Origin: Bacteroidales bacterium
GTDB lineage: Bacteria > Bacteroidota > Bacteroidia > Bacteroidales > VadinHA17
NCBI GenBank assembly: GCA_035531395.1
Contig: DATKTA010000008.1
Span: forward strand, 13,767 to 77,766
Length of the DNA: 64,000 nt
Direction: 5' to 3'
The position numbers were made by a program, and so were the translations under genes. Shown one piece after another: positions 9,384 to 17,879 of this stretch (position 1 is its first letter; each line of letters opens with the position of its first letter). A model generated the notes under the pieces. That model was not told where the DNA came from. It was given only the letters and a program-made list of their open reading frames with translations, and did no database searches.

Positions 9384-10741
9384 AAATAAAAAAGAATTCT
9401 AATCTGAATATTGCTCTAAGGGTTTTTTCAATTGTATCCTTCTCAATTCTTTTAGGATATTATATCTTCGGAAACCTTTCAATCAGACTTATCCTGCTTT
9501 GCTCCATCGTAATTATTATTCTTACGGTAAACCTGATAGCTTATCTGAATACAACTAATAGAAAGATTCGTTATTTCTTTGATTCCGTCAGAAATGATGA
9601 TTCGAGTCTTTCTTTTGCAGGTGACGAACAGAATGAAAGTTTAAAAGGCATTTATAAGAGCATGAACGAGGTGAACAAGCAGATCCAGCAACTTAAGCTG
9701 GAAAACATAAGCCAGGAACAGTACTTCAAAATATTGATAGAACACCTGGCAACAGGTATAATAACATATAATAATAAGGGTCATGTGCTAAATGTAAATA
9801 CATCAGCTAAAAAGTTGCTTTCAACTGATGTCCTTACTCATTTGCAGCAAATTGAAAGAATAGATCCAAAATTATATCAGGCAGTAAAAAATATAAAACC
9901 TTCAGAAAAAAGACTTGTAGCAATAGTTTCAGAACGGGGTAACGTACAACTCTCATTAAAGGCTACTTCATTCGGGACTAATGAGAATGAATTATATATT
10001 CTTTCAATACAGGATATCAAGAGCGAACTGGATGAAAAGGAGCTCGAATCGTGGATGAAACTGATACGTGTGCTGATGCACGAAATAATGAATTCCATTA
10101 CGCCGGTCACATCTTTGTCTGAGAGTCTTATCAAAATCTTTGATAATGACGGACAACCTGTAGGACCACAGCAAATTACAGAAAAAACAATTGCTACAAC
10201 TCTCCATGGGCTTAATGTGATTAAAGACCAGGGCAAAGGGCTGATGTCTTTTGTTGAATCCTACAGGAAACTTACCCGTGTTCCGGAACCTGACAGGAAA
10301 ATATTCAAAGTGGCTGATCTGCTTAGCCGGATAAAGGTCCTGTACAATTCCCTTGAAAACAGCAACATGGTAGAATTCTCAGTTTCACAAAAAGACCCTG
10401 ATATCGTTTTGTTTGCAGACCAGAATCTGATATCGCAGGTACTGATTAATCTTTTGAAAAATGCTCTTGAAGCAAATGAAAGAAATCCTGGTGGCATAAT
10501 AATTATCGACGCAAGCGTTGTTGATAATAAACATACTGAAATCTGTGTTATTGATAACGGACCTGGTGTTCCTGCTGAGAATATGGATGAAATATTCGTG
10601 CCGTTTTTTACTACGAGGGAAAAAGGATCCGGCATTGGGTTAAGTATCTCAAAACAAATAATGAGAGTTCATGGAGGAAATCTTAAAGTCAGGTCAGTAC
10701 CAAATAAAGAAACTGTATTTTGCATGAGTTTTCAGAGCTGA
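9380..10741 (+). CDS. Sensor histidine kinase with two closely spaced N-terminal TM helices, a cytoplasmic PAS-like region, HisKA and HATPase_c
   Basis: Its start overlaps the regulator stop in an ATGA overlap. The H-box is LMHEIMNSITP, the N-box LLKNALEA and the G-boxes DNGPGV..GSGIGL. TM1 and TM2 are separated by only about 4 residues (GNLS). Confidence 0.85.
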   Translation: MKIKKNSNLNIALRVFSIVSFSILLGYYIFGNLSIRLILLCSIVIIILTVNLIAYLNTTNRKIRYFFDSVRNDDSSLSFAGDEQNESLKGIYKSMNEVNKQIQQLKLENISQEQYFKILIEHLATGIITYNNKGHVLNVNTSAKKLLSTDVLTHLQQIERIDPKLYQAVKNIKPSEKRLVAIVSERGNVQLSLKATSFGTNENELYILSIQDIKSELDEKELESWMKLIRVLMHEIMNSITPVTSLSESLIKIFDNDGQPVGPQQITEKTIATTLHGLNVIKDQGKGLMSFVESYRKLTRVPEPDRKIFKVADLLSRIKVLYNSLENSNMVEFSVSQKDPDIVLFADQNLISQVLINLLKNALEANERNPGGIIIIDASVVDNKHTEICVIDNGPGVPAENMDEIFVPFFTTREKGSGIGLSISKQIMRVHGGNLKVRSVPNKETVFCMSFQS

Positions 10742-10862
10742 ATGAAATTAATTGAATGCAATGGCAAATATCAGCGGGACTTCTAAAACATAAGTCAAGA
10801 TTTATTCGTTAACATTTTGCAGCTTTTATAAATATTAAAAATCGTTTCTCAATTATATTTAA

Positions 10863-13796
10863 ATGGATACTGCCAAATTCAACATTATCAAAGCAAAAAT
10901 AGTATTCCTCTTTTGCCTGCTCTTTATATTAGATCTGCCTGTTTTAATAGCGCAGAAAAAGTCAGACAAATCAACATTAAAAGATTCATTCCCGGAATCG
11001 ATTGAATGCATTGTTCGCTCTTTCTACCGCCACAGACCAGATGGAAAACCGGGAAGAGAAATTCTACTGAAATTCTCCGGTAACAAATTTGCCGGAAAAG
11101 GGACTGTTGATATCCAATGCCAGGGTAAGATTGAAACAATTCAGCTGAATACCAAAGAACCATTGGATAGCCTTGCTGTGTTGCTGCCTGAAGGATTAGC
11201 TGTAAACACTGAGACAGAGGTAAATATCATACTCAGAAGCGGCAAAAAACAAATTGAGAGTAGAGTTGTCGTTCCTCCCAAACGGCAATGGACTGTATAT
11301 ATCTATCCTCATTCCCATGTTGATATAGGTTATACAAACACACATGAAAATGTAGAACTGATACATAAGAGAAACCTTGTCAACGGAATTGATCTTGCCA
11401 GTAAAACTCAGAACTATCCTGAAGGATCAAGATATCTCTGGAATCCCGAAGTACTATGGCCGGTTGAAAGGTACCTAAGGACTGCAACTCCGGAACAAAA
11501 ACAGAGGATAATTGAAGCAGTTCAGAAGGGATGGATTCACCTCGATGCAGGTTATGTCCATACTAATACAACTGCAGCGGCTGATGAAGAGCTCTTTGAA
11601 TTTTTCCGTCAATGCGCTGAGATGGAAAAGCTTACAGGGAAGAGGATTGAAACACTTGTCCAGGTTGATATTCCCGGGATGTCCTGGGGTATTGTTCCTG
11701 TTGCCGCAGAACTTGGAATAAAGTATTGTCTTGCAATGAATAACGGTTCCGACAGGGTAGGTCTTTCAACCGATCTCAGCTTTAAACCATTCTGGTGGAA
11801 GAGCCCGGACGGTAAATCAAAGATTTTATTTTTTCAGCCTGGTAGCTATAACCCAGGTGCAATCTATAAAGGCTTTCTTTTCTGGCCTTCAATGGCAGGA
11901 CAGACAGATACATCAAAGCTTTTGAAAATTGTGAAGACTGATAATCCACGTGCCAATTTTATAGATAAATACCTCGATGATAAGCTGCCATTGCTGGAGA
12001 ACTCTGATTATTATCCATATGATATCTTTCTCATGACCTGGGCAATGGCCGATAATACTCCCATTGATGCTGACCTTCCCGATGCTGTGAAAAGCTGGAA
12101 CGAGGACTATGCATTCCCTCACATGGTAATTGCCAGTGCAACGCAGATGATGAAGGCTTTTGAGCATAAATATGGTGACCAGCTGCCGGTATTGTCGGGC
12201 GATTTCACTGAATACTGGACTGACGGACTTGGAACTGCAGCTAAACAGACAGCCATGAACAGAGCATCGAAAGAAAGGCTGATTCAGGTGGAAACACTCT
12301 GGTCGATATTGAATCCGGATATACCTGCTCCCAGAGCTGAGATCAGCGAGGCATGGAGAAATATCATAATGGGCACTGAGCATACCTGGTGTTTTATGGA
12401 TCCTAAAAGGCAACCGATCACTAATGATATTCTTAAAGTTAAATTTGGTTTCTTCCAGCAGGGAGAAGATATGAGCAAATCTCTTCTTGACGGTTCAATG
12501 AATAATGTTACAGATGACGGAAGCAATGAGATAGGTGTATTCAATACACTTTCATGGAGCCGTAGCGGACTTGTTTATCTTACTCCGGGTAAATCAGGTA
12601 AATACAATTCGGTTGTGGATTTGCAGGGGAAATATGTTCCGGCTCAGAAACTTTCAACCGGGGAGCTTGTCTTCATGGCCAGCCAGGTTCCTCCGCTGAG
12701 TTCTAAAAAATACATTCTTAAAGAGCGGAAAGTTAAAAATGTGGATGGTATCGCTTTTGGCAATGTTCTGGATAATAGAATAGTTAAAGTGGTTATTAAT
12801 CAGCAGACCGGTGATATTGATAGCTTTATAAGTGACAGTTATGAATTTGCAGACAAAACATCAGCTACATTGATAAACAGTTACAGGTATTTGCATGGTG
12901 AGGATAGTCCTGAGAAAGCAACGGCAGCGCAAAATGTAACAATAAAAGTCAAAGAAAATGGCCCGTTGCTGGCAACGTTGCAGGTTACTTCAGAGGCTGA
13001 AGGTTGCCGGAGCCTGGTACGTGAGATTACACTTATTTCAGGTCAGGCGCATCTAGAAATTATAAATGTTGTTGATAAACTTTCGGTTACCGAAAAGGAG
13101 GGAATACACTTCGGGTTCGGCTTCAATATTCCCTCACCATATACCAGGTTCGACATACCGTGGGGAATCGTTGAACTGGAGAAAGATCAGCTTGCTGCTG
13201 CAAACCGCAACTGGATTGCCTTTCAGCGTTGGGTCGATATCTCAAACGAAGAGAGAGGCATTACCTTCTGTTCACTCGATGCTCCAATGTTCGAGAATGG
13301 TACAATGACGGCAAATGTTCTCGGGGCTGCAACCAATTCCCCAGGGTGGATCCGTAAACTGGAGTCATCACCGACGATCTATTCATGGGCCCTTAACAAT
13401 CACTGGCACACCAACTTTCCTTTGAGCCAGGAAGGAGTTGTCTCTTTCAGATACCGTATTCTTCCGCACAAAACAAAATATGATGCTGCAAAAGCAAACA
13501 GGTTTGGTCTTGAACAGGCCCAGCCTCTTATCGCCACATCTTTGAAGAAAGGTGCAGTCACTGAACAGCCTTTTACAGTTGAAGGGAGCAGCAGTATTTA
13601 TGTTTCCATAATTAAATCAGGTAATGGAAGTGAACCGTCAAAGATCCGCCTGCGTTCAGTTTCAGAGAAGCCTGAGCAGGTAAAAGTGACATGGAAAAAC
13701 CGCAAACCTGTGTCAGTTAAGATTAATGGAATAGCTGTTCCAGGTGAAATACAGGTTCCTGCAAAAGGTTTTGTTACACTTGATGTGGTTTTTTAA
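10863..13796 (+). CDS. GH38-like alpha-mannosidase (divergent), secreted
   Basis: It has a signal peptide. The N-terminal metal-site motif YIYPHSHVDIGYT and VDIPGMSWG at the expected nucleophile region are present. The ~980-aa length is typical of GH38. Confidence 0.65.
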   Translation: MDTAKFNIIKAKIVFLFCLLFILDLPVLIAQKKSDKSTLKDSFPESIECIVRSFYRHRPDGKPGREILLKFSGNKFAGKGTVDIQCQGKIETIQLNTKEPLDSLAVLLPEGLAVNTETEVNIILRSGKKQIESRVVVPPKRQWTVYIYPHSHVDIGYTNTHENVELIHKRNLVNGIDLASKTQNYPEGSRYLWNPEVLWPVERYLRTATPEQKQRIIEAVQKGWIHLDAGYVHTNTTAAADEELFEFFRQCAEMEKLTGKRIETLVQVDIPGMSWGIVPVAAELGIKYCLAMNNGSDRVGLSTDLSFKPFWWKSPDGKSKILFFQPGSYNPGAIYKGFLFWPSMAGQTDTSKLLKIVKTDNPRANFIDKYLDDKLPLLENSDYYPYDIFLMTWAMADNTPIDADLPDAVKSWNEDYAFPHMVIASATQMMKAFEHKYGDQLPVLSGDFTEYWTDGLGTAAKQTAMNRASKERLIQVETLWSILNPDIPAPRAEISEAWRNIIMGTEHTWCFMDPKRQPITNDILKVKFGFFQQGEDMSKSLLDGSMNNVTDDGSNEIGVFNTLSWSRSGLVYLTPGKSGKYNSVVDLQGKYVPAQKLSTGELVFMASQVPPLSSKKYILKERKVKNVDGIAFGNVLDNRIVKVVINQQTGDIDSFISDSYEFADKTSATLINSYRYLHGEDSPEKATAAQNVTIKVKENGPLLATLQVTSEAEGCRSLVREITLISGQAHLEIINVVDKLSVTEKEGIHFGFGFNIPSPYTRFDIPWGIVELEKDQLAAANRNWIAFQRWVDISNEERGITFCSLDAPMFENGTMTANVLGAATNSPGWIRKLESSPTIYSWALNNHWHTNFPLSQEGVVSFRYRILPHKTKYDAAKANRFGLEQAQPLIATSLKKGAVTEQPFTVEGSSSIYVSIIKSGNGSEPSKIRLRSVSEKPEQVKVTWKNRKPVSVKINGIAVPGEIQVPAKGFVTLDVVF

Positions 13797-14088
13797 TTTT
13801 CCCATTTGTGAAAAGGTTTAACCAATCATTATTGAACTCACTTATTAATTTCTTCTTTTTCTCACGTGAAAATTTTTTAATCTGTTTCTCTCTCGATATT
13901 GCAAAATCTATAACATCAAATACTTCATAATATACAAGATTGTCGACATTATATTTCTTTGTAAAACCTTTATAAATCTTATTCGTGTGTTCAAAGCATC
14001 TTCTTATAAGATTGTTTGTTACACCAGTATAAAGAACCGTATGATTTGCATTGGTTAGAATGTAAACATAGTAAAGATGTATTTTCAT
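13774..14088 (-). CDS. Small stand-alone GIY-YIG nuclease-family protein
   Basis: The motif is KIHLYYVYILTNANHTVLYTGVTNNLIRRCFEH (GIY-YIG-like YYVY..YTG). The ATG at 14088 is preferred over the GTG at 14097. The 3' end overlaps the GH38 gene end by 23 nt in convergent orientation. Confidence 0.8.
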   Translation of the reverse strand: MKIHLYYVYILTNANHTVLYTGVTNNLIRRCFEHTNKIYKGFTKKYNVDNLVYYEVFDVIDFAISREKQIKKFSREKKKKLISEFNNDWLNLFTNGKIKKPHQV

Positions 14089-14253
14089 AATTAGCACGAA
14101 ACTTAGGAGACACTTATTCTATTCAAATTTAATCAGAATTCTCTACAATGTGAAACTGAAATTGTAATTGTAAAAATCTGATGTTTAACCCAGGAAATAT
14201 ACTTCATCCTCTTGTACGGGATCTGAAATAAATGAATGAGCATTTATTAAATC

Positions 14254-14990
14254 ACCAGGGAGATCCCTCATCCCGCCGAAGCTGAGTCTGGCATGAATGA
14301 ATGAGCAATGAGAAAACATCCGGGAGATCCCTCATCCCGCTGGTGCGGGATTCGGGATGACATTTGCATTCAGGTAGTGGGAGGAAGAAGCGGCGATTCG
14401 AAGATTAATACTATCTTAATAAAAAAGTTGGCCGAATCGCCGCTTCTTCCTTTCTCCCCCTTCATTCGGCTGTCATTTCGAGTCCAGCGCAAGCTGGACG
14501 AGAAATCTTCATGGTGATTCTTCAAGTTCATAGATTTGATTCTCGATAGAAATGAGTATAACTGGGAATCTTCCTTTCACTTCCTCCATCATTTGCATCA
14601 ATTAACATATAGAGTAGCATACATTTTTGCATACTTCTTTTATTATAATTTCCTGTTTAACCCGAAAAGATCCCTCATCCCGCCGAAGCTGAGTCTGGCA
14701 TGAATGAATGAGCAATGAGAAAACATCCGGGAGATCCCTCATCCCGCCGAAGCTGAGTCTGGCATGAATGAATGAGCAATGAGAAAACATCATTACCCCC
14801 CCTTCATTCGGCTGTCATTTCGAGTCCCGCACCAGCGGGGCGAGAAATCTTACCATTGTTTCTCCAGGTTCATCGATTGAAGTCTCAATCAAAAAGAAGT
14901 ATTACTTGGAAACGCCGCTTTTTCCCATCTGACCCCCACAATTGGACTGTCATTTCGAGTCCCGCACCAGCGGGACGTGAAATCTTACCA
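14254..14990. repeat. Cluster of REP/MITE-like hairpin repeats in a ~1-kb gene-free spacer
   Basis: The ~63-bp unit gggagatccctcatcccgccgaagctgagtctggcatgaatgaatgagcaatgagaaaacatcc occurs at about 14258, 14666 and 14729; the last two are tandem. The related unit tgtcatttcgagtcc(c)gc.cc.gc.gg.cg.gaaatct occurs at about 14471, 14812 and 14948, and reversed at about 14325. Confidence 0.85.
14322..14510. repeat. Composite three-hairpin palindromic element: REP arm, long central hairpin, inverted REP arm
   Basis: The left arm is 14322..14362. The central stem 14379..14400 (gggaggaagaagcggcgattcg) pairs with 14433..14458, giving 18 perfect bp, a 4-nt bulge and 4 more bp. The right arm is 14459..14510. 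The element at 46014..46182 has the same architecture. Confidence 0.75.
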
Positions 14991-15080
14991 TAGTTACTGA
15001 AAAATGCCAATAGTATATTTATAAGTCATCAAAAAAAGCTATTTTTCGGTTGTCACTGTTTTATATAAAATCTGACAGCC

Positions 15081-17759
15081 ATGAAGAGATATCTGATAAC
15101 TTGTTCAAGCACTGTTTTTATCTTTATTTTTTTCCTTAATCTGCCCGAAACGTTTGCTCAGTTCTCTCCTCCATCAGGTGATAAGAAAAAAGGTGATTAT
15201 TCATATTTCAAAGGAGGAACAATCAGTGTTATTCCCTCCTCTCACCAGGATATTGCGTGGATGGACAGCATTGGTGCATGCATTGAATTCCGCGACAAAA
15301 TGATGATTACACCGGTACTGAAAAGACTGAGGGAAAATCCCGGTTTCAAATTCTCTGTTGAGGATGCGTTAAGCCTGAGGGAGTACCTTACACGCCACCC
15401 TGATTCGCGGAGCGAGATACTGAAGTATACCAGTGAAGGCCGCCTGGAATGGGGTGCTACTTATAAGCAGCCCTATGAATCGATGTATGACGGAGAATCC
15501 CTTATACGCCAGGCTTATCTTGGCAGGAAATGGCTGAAGAAAACACTCCCGGGATGTGATTTCAAAACATATTGGAATGAGGATGTTCCGGGCAGATCAC
15601 TGCAGATGGCACAGATCTTATCCAAGTCAGGTATCCCTTATATGCAATTCAGCAGACATCAGCCCGGCATATACAGATGGTATAGCCCTGATGGAAGCTA
15701 TATTACATGCTTCACGCCGGGACAGTACGATGAGGTAGGAATTCCTGTGCGCCAGGCTCATTCGGATATTAATCAGCTTACAAAAGCATATACTTCTATG
15801 CTTTTTGAATGGAATAACTATTTTAAAACGAGAAAGTTAAATCCTGAGTTCCCCTTCATCTATTCTCACGATTTTGCAACTCCTCCCGACTACGATGCAT
15901 TTTTCAATGACTGGAATAAAAAATCAGTTTCGCTTGGTAAACCAGCTATCAAATATGCCACAGGGACCGAGTACCTTGAAGCTGTATCAAAAGGAAATCA
16001 GGACTTTGACATTATCGAGGGTGAACGTCCCGATGTCTGGCTTTATATCCACGGCCCGTCACATCAGAGAGCCCTGAAGGCATCGCGTGAAGGATCTCGC
16101 CTTCTGACTGCTGCTGAGAAATTTGCCACCTTCGACGCACTTCAGAAAGGTAGTTTTGCTGATTACCCCCAATATGAACTGACAAGAGCCTGGGAGAATG
16201 CGATATATCCTGACCATGGGTGGGGAGGGAAGCACGGTGATCTTACTGACAGGGCATTCCGTACAGCTTATGAGACCGGACGGGAGATCGCATCATCAGT
16301 TTTTGAGAAATCGATGAAGAACATTGCATCCCGGATAAACTTCTCCGGTAAAGGAATCCCCGTTACAGTATTCAACCCTCTGTCGTGGGATCGTACTGAT
16401 ATAGTAAAATTCACAATGGATGTTGAAGGCAATGATGATAACACTTTCAGACTTATTGATGAAAAGGGAAATGAAATAGCTTATCAGATTATTGATGATC
16501 ATGAGATCACAGGAAACAGGGATGAGGTTATCACCTTCCTTTTTGTAGCAAAGGATGTTCCCTCTGTAGGGTACAGGACATACTATCTTGAAAAGAGCGA
16601 ACCATCTGCTTTTAAAAATAACTCAAAAGCAGGCCTCTCTGCCTTTGAAAATGATTATTTCAAGGTGGAATTTGCAGATGGAGGATTAAAGTCAATATTT
16701 GATAAAGCGCTGTCTGTAGGTTTGCTTAATACTGCGAAATTCCTTGGAGCTGAGTTGTTTACGATGCAATCAGTCGGTAACGGAGCCGGTGAGTTTACTG
16801 ATGTCCAGCAACCCACTATGGAGGGATTCGAAAAGATGAGCCAGTATAAACAACCCTGGTCTCTGATTTCTTCAGGACCAGTCAGGGATGTATATGAATT
16901 CAGAAAAGAGATCAGTCATGTTACTGTTGTTGAACAGGTTATTTTTTACAGCGAATTGAAACGTATCGATTTTAGGATCGGGCTGCTTGGCTTTGACGGT
17001 GAGAGATATCGTGAGTTCAGGCTGGCATTCCCTCTTAATCAGGCGACTTCAGATGTTGCATATGAAGTACCTATGGGTGTAGTAAGGATTGGTAGAGATG
17101 AAATGGTCGGTGCTGCCGGTTTCTCAAAAACTTCACAGATTTACAGTACTCCATGTGCCCAGGTGCATCCGCGAGAGGTACAGGATTGGTTTTCAGCATT
17201 TGATGGAAAGAATTCTGTCACTATCAGTTCAGATGTGGCAGTCTTTGACTGGATTGATCCAACAGAAAATCCTGCCAGATACACAATTCTGCAGCCCTTG
17301 CTTCTTGCAAGCCGCAAAAGCTGTCATGGAGAAGGAAACTTTTACCTGCAGCCAGGAGATCATTTCTATTCTTTCTCACTTTATTCTAATACCTATGACT
17401 GGAGAGGAGGTTACCGTCAGGCAATTCAGTCAAACCAGCCAATGAAGGCTATTGTTACAGATCCCTCAAGGAAAAACGGAAGTATGCCTGAAATGATGAG
17501 TTTTGTTTCTGTTGAGAATAAGAATCTGATCCTTAGTGCAATCAAGAAATGTGAAGATGATGACAATGTAATAGTCAGATGTTATGATATTGAGGGTATC
17601 GATTCGGAAGCGAAGATCAGAGTTCCTTTTTCATTCAAAAAGGCAGAGCTTACAAATATGATAGAGGAGGAGGGAAAGGAAATACCAGGTTCAGGTGATA
17701 ATCTGAGTCTCAATGTAGGGCATCATTCAATTGAGACTATAAAACTGTTTATGAAATAA
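15081..17759 (+). CDS. GH38-like glycoside hydrolase (divergent alpha-mannosidase family), secreted
   Basis: It has a signal peptide. Motifs present are SSHQDIAWMD, NEDVPGRS, ERPDVWLYIHGPSH and YPDHGWGGKHG. It is a paralog of the next gene. Confidence 0.6.
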   Translation: MKRYLITCSSTVFIFIFFLNLPETFAQFSPPSGDKKKGDYSYFKGGTISVIPSSHQDIAWMDSIGACIEFRDKMMITPVLKRLRENPGFKFSVEDALSLREYLTRHPDSRSEILKYTSEGRLEWGATYKQPYESMYDGESLIRQAYLGRKWLKKTLPGCDFKTYWNEDVPGRSLQMAQILSKSGIPYMQFSRHQPGIYRWYSPDGSYITCFTPGQYDEVGIPVRQAHSDINQLTKAYTSMLFEWNNYFKTRKLNPEFPFIYSHDFATPPDYDAFFNDWNKKSVSLGKPAIKYATGTEYLEAVSKGNQDFDIIEGERPDVWLYIHGPSHQRALKASREGSRLLTAAEKFATFDALQKGSFADYPQYELTRAWENAIYPDHGWGGKHGDLTDRAFRTAYETGREIASSVFEKSMKNIASRINFSGKGIPVTVFNPLSWDRTDIVKFTMDVEGNDDNTFRLIDEKGNEIAYQIIDDHEITGNRDEVITFLFVAKDVPSVGYRTYYLEKSEPSAFKNNSKAGLSAFENDYFKVEFADGGLKSIFDKALSVGLLNTAKFLGAELFTMQSVGNGAGEFTDVQQPTMEGFEKMSQYKQPWSLISSGPVRDVYEFRKEISHVTVVEQVIFYSELKRIDFRIGLLGFDGERYREFRLAFPLNQATSDVAYEVPMGVVRIGRDEMVGAAGFSKTSQIYSTPCAQVHPREVQDWFSAFDGKNSVTISSDVAVFDWIDPTENPARYTILQPLLLASRKSCHGEGNFYLQPGDHFYSFSLYSNTYDWRGGYRQAIQSNQPMKAIVTDPSRKNGSMPEMMSFVSVENKNLILSAIKKCEDDDNVIVRCYDIEGIDSEAKIRVPFSFKKAELTNMIEEEGKEIPGSGDNLSLNVGHHSIETIKLFMK

Positions 17760-17797
17760 ATGATTGAAGTCTTTAACCACAGAGGGCACTGAGGAAT

Positions 17798-17849
17798 ACA
17801 CAGAGTCCACAGAGTGTTAATCGATATTTATTCTCTGTGTCCTCTGTGT
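17798..17849. repeat. CACAGAG-type imperfect inverted repeat (possible terminator or REP) between the two GH38-like paralogs
   Basis: The arms are acacagagtccacagag and ctctgtgtcctctgtgt (8 + 7 bp with 2 mismatches) around an 18-nt loop. Confidence 0.5.
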
Positions 17850-17879
17850 TTAAAAAATGATTTATACAAAATTACATAT

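Noticed and set aside
11913-12413. Antisense or shadow ORFs inside large genes (also 55083..55652, 57983..58597, 29058..29615, 46367..46828, 49456..49923 and others in the track)
   Set aside because: Each lies entirely within a longer ORF on the other strand or frame that has clear family motifs. Their translations are low-complexity or lack motifs, so they are most likely non-coding shadows.
14254-14990. Possible CRISPR array, given regularly recurring ~40-63-bp repeats
   Set aside because: The repeats are directly tandem or separated by other repeat-family members rather than by unique spacers of uniform length. The units are hairpin or REP-like and occur in both orientations. No cas genes are present in the window.
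14308-14993. Small ORFs 14308..14517, 14602..14793 and 14772..14993 as genes
   Set aside because: They are composed almost entirely of translated REP/MITE-like repeat units and lack any recognisable protein features.
17814-17879. Upstream GTG start for the third GH38-like gene (similar cases are TTG 26790, TTG 60246, TTG 38532 and GTG 14097)
   Set aside because: These are non-ATG starts that lie in repeat or intergenic sequence or overlap the previous gene. The downstream ATGs yield typical signal, TAT or lipoprotein N-termini.
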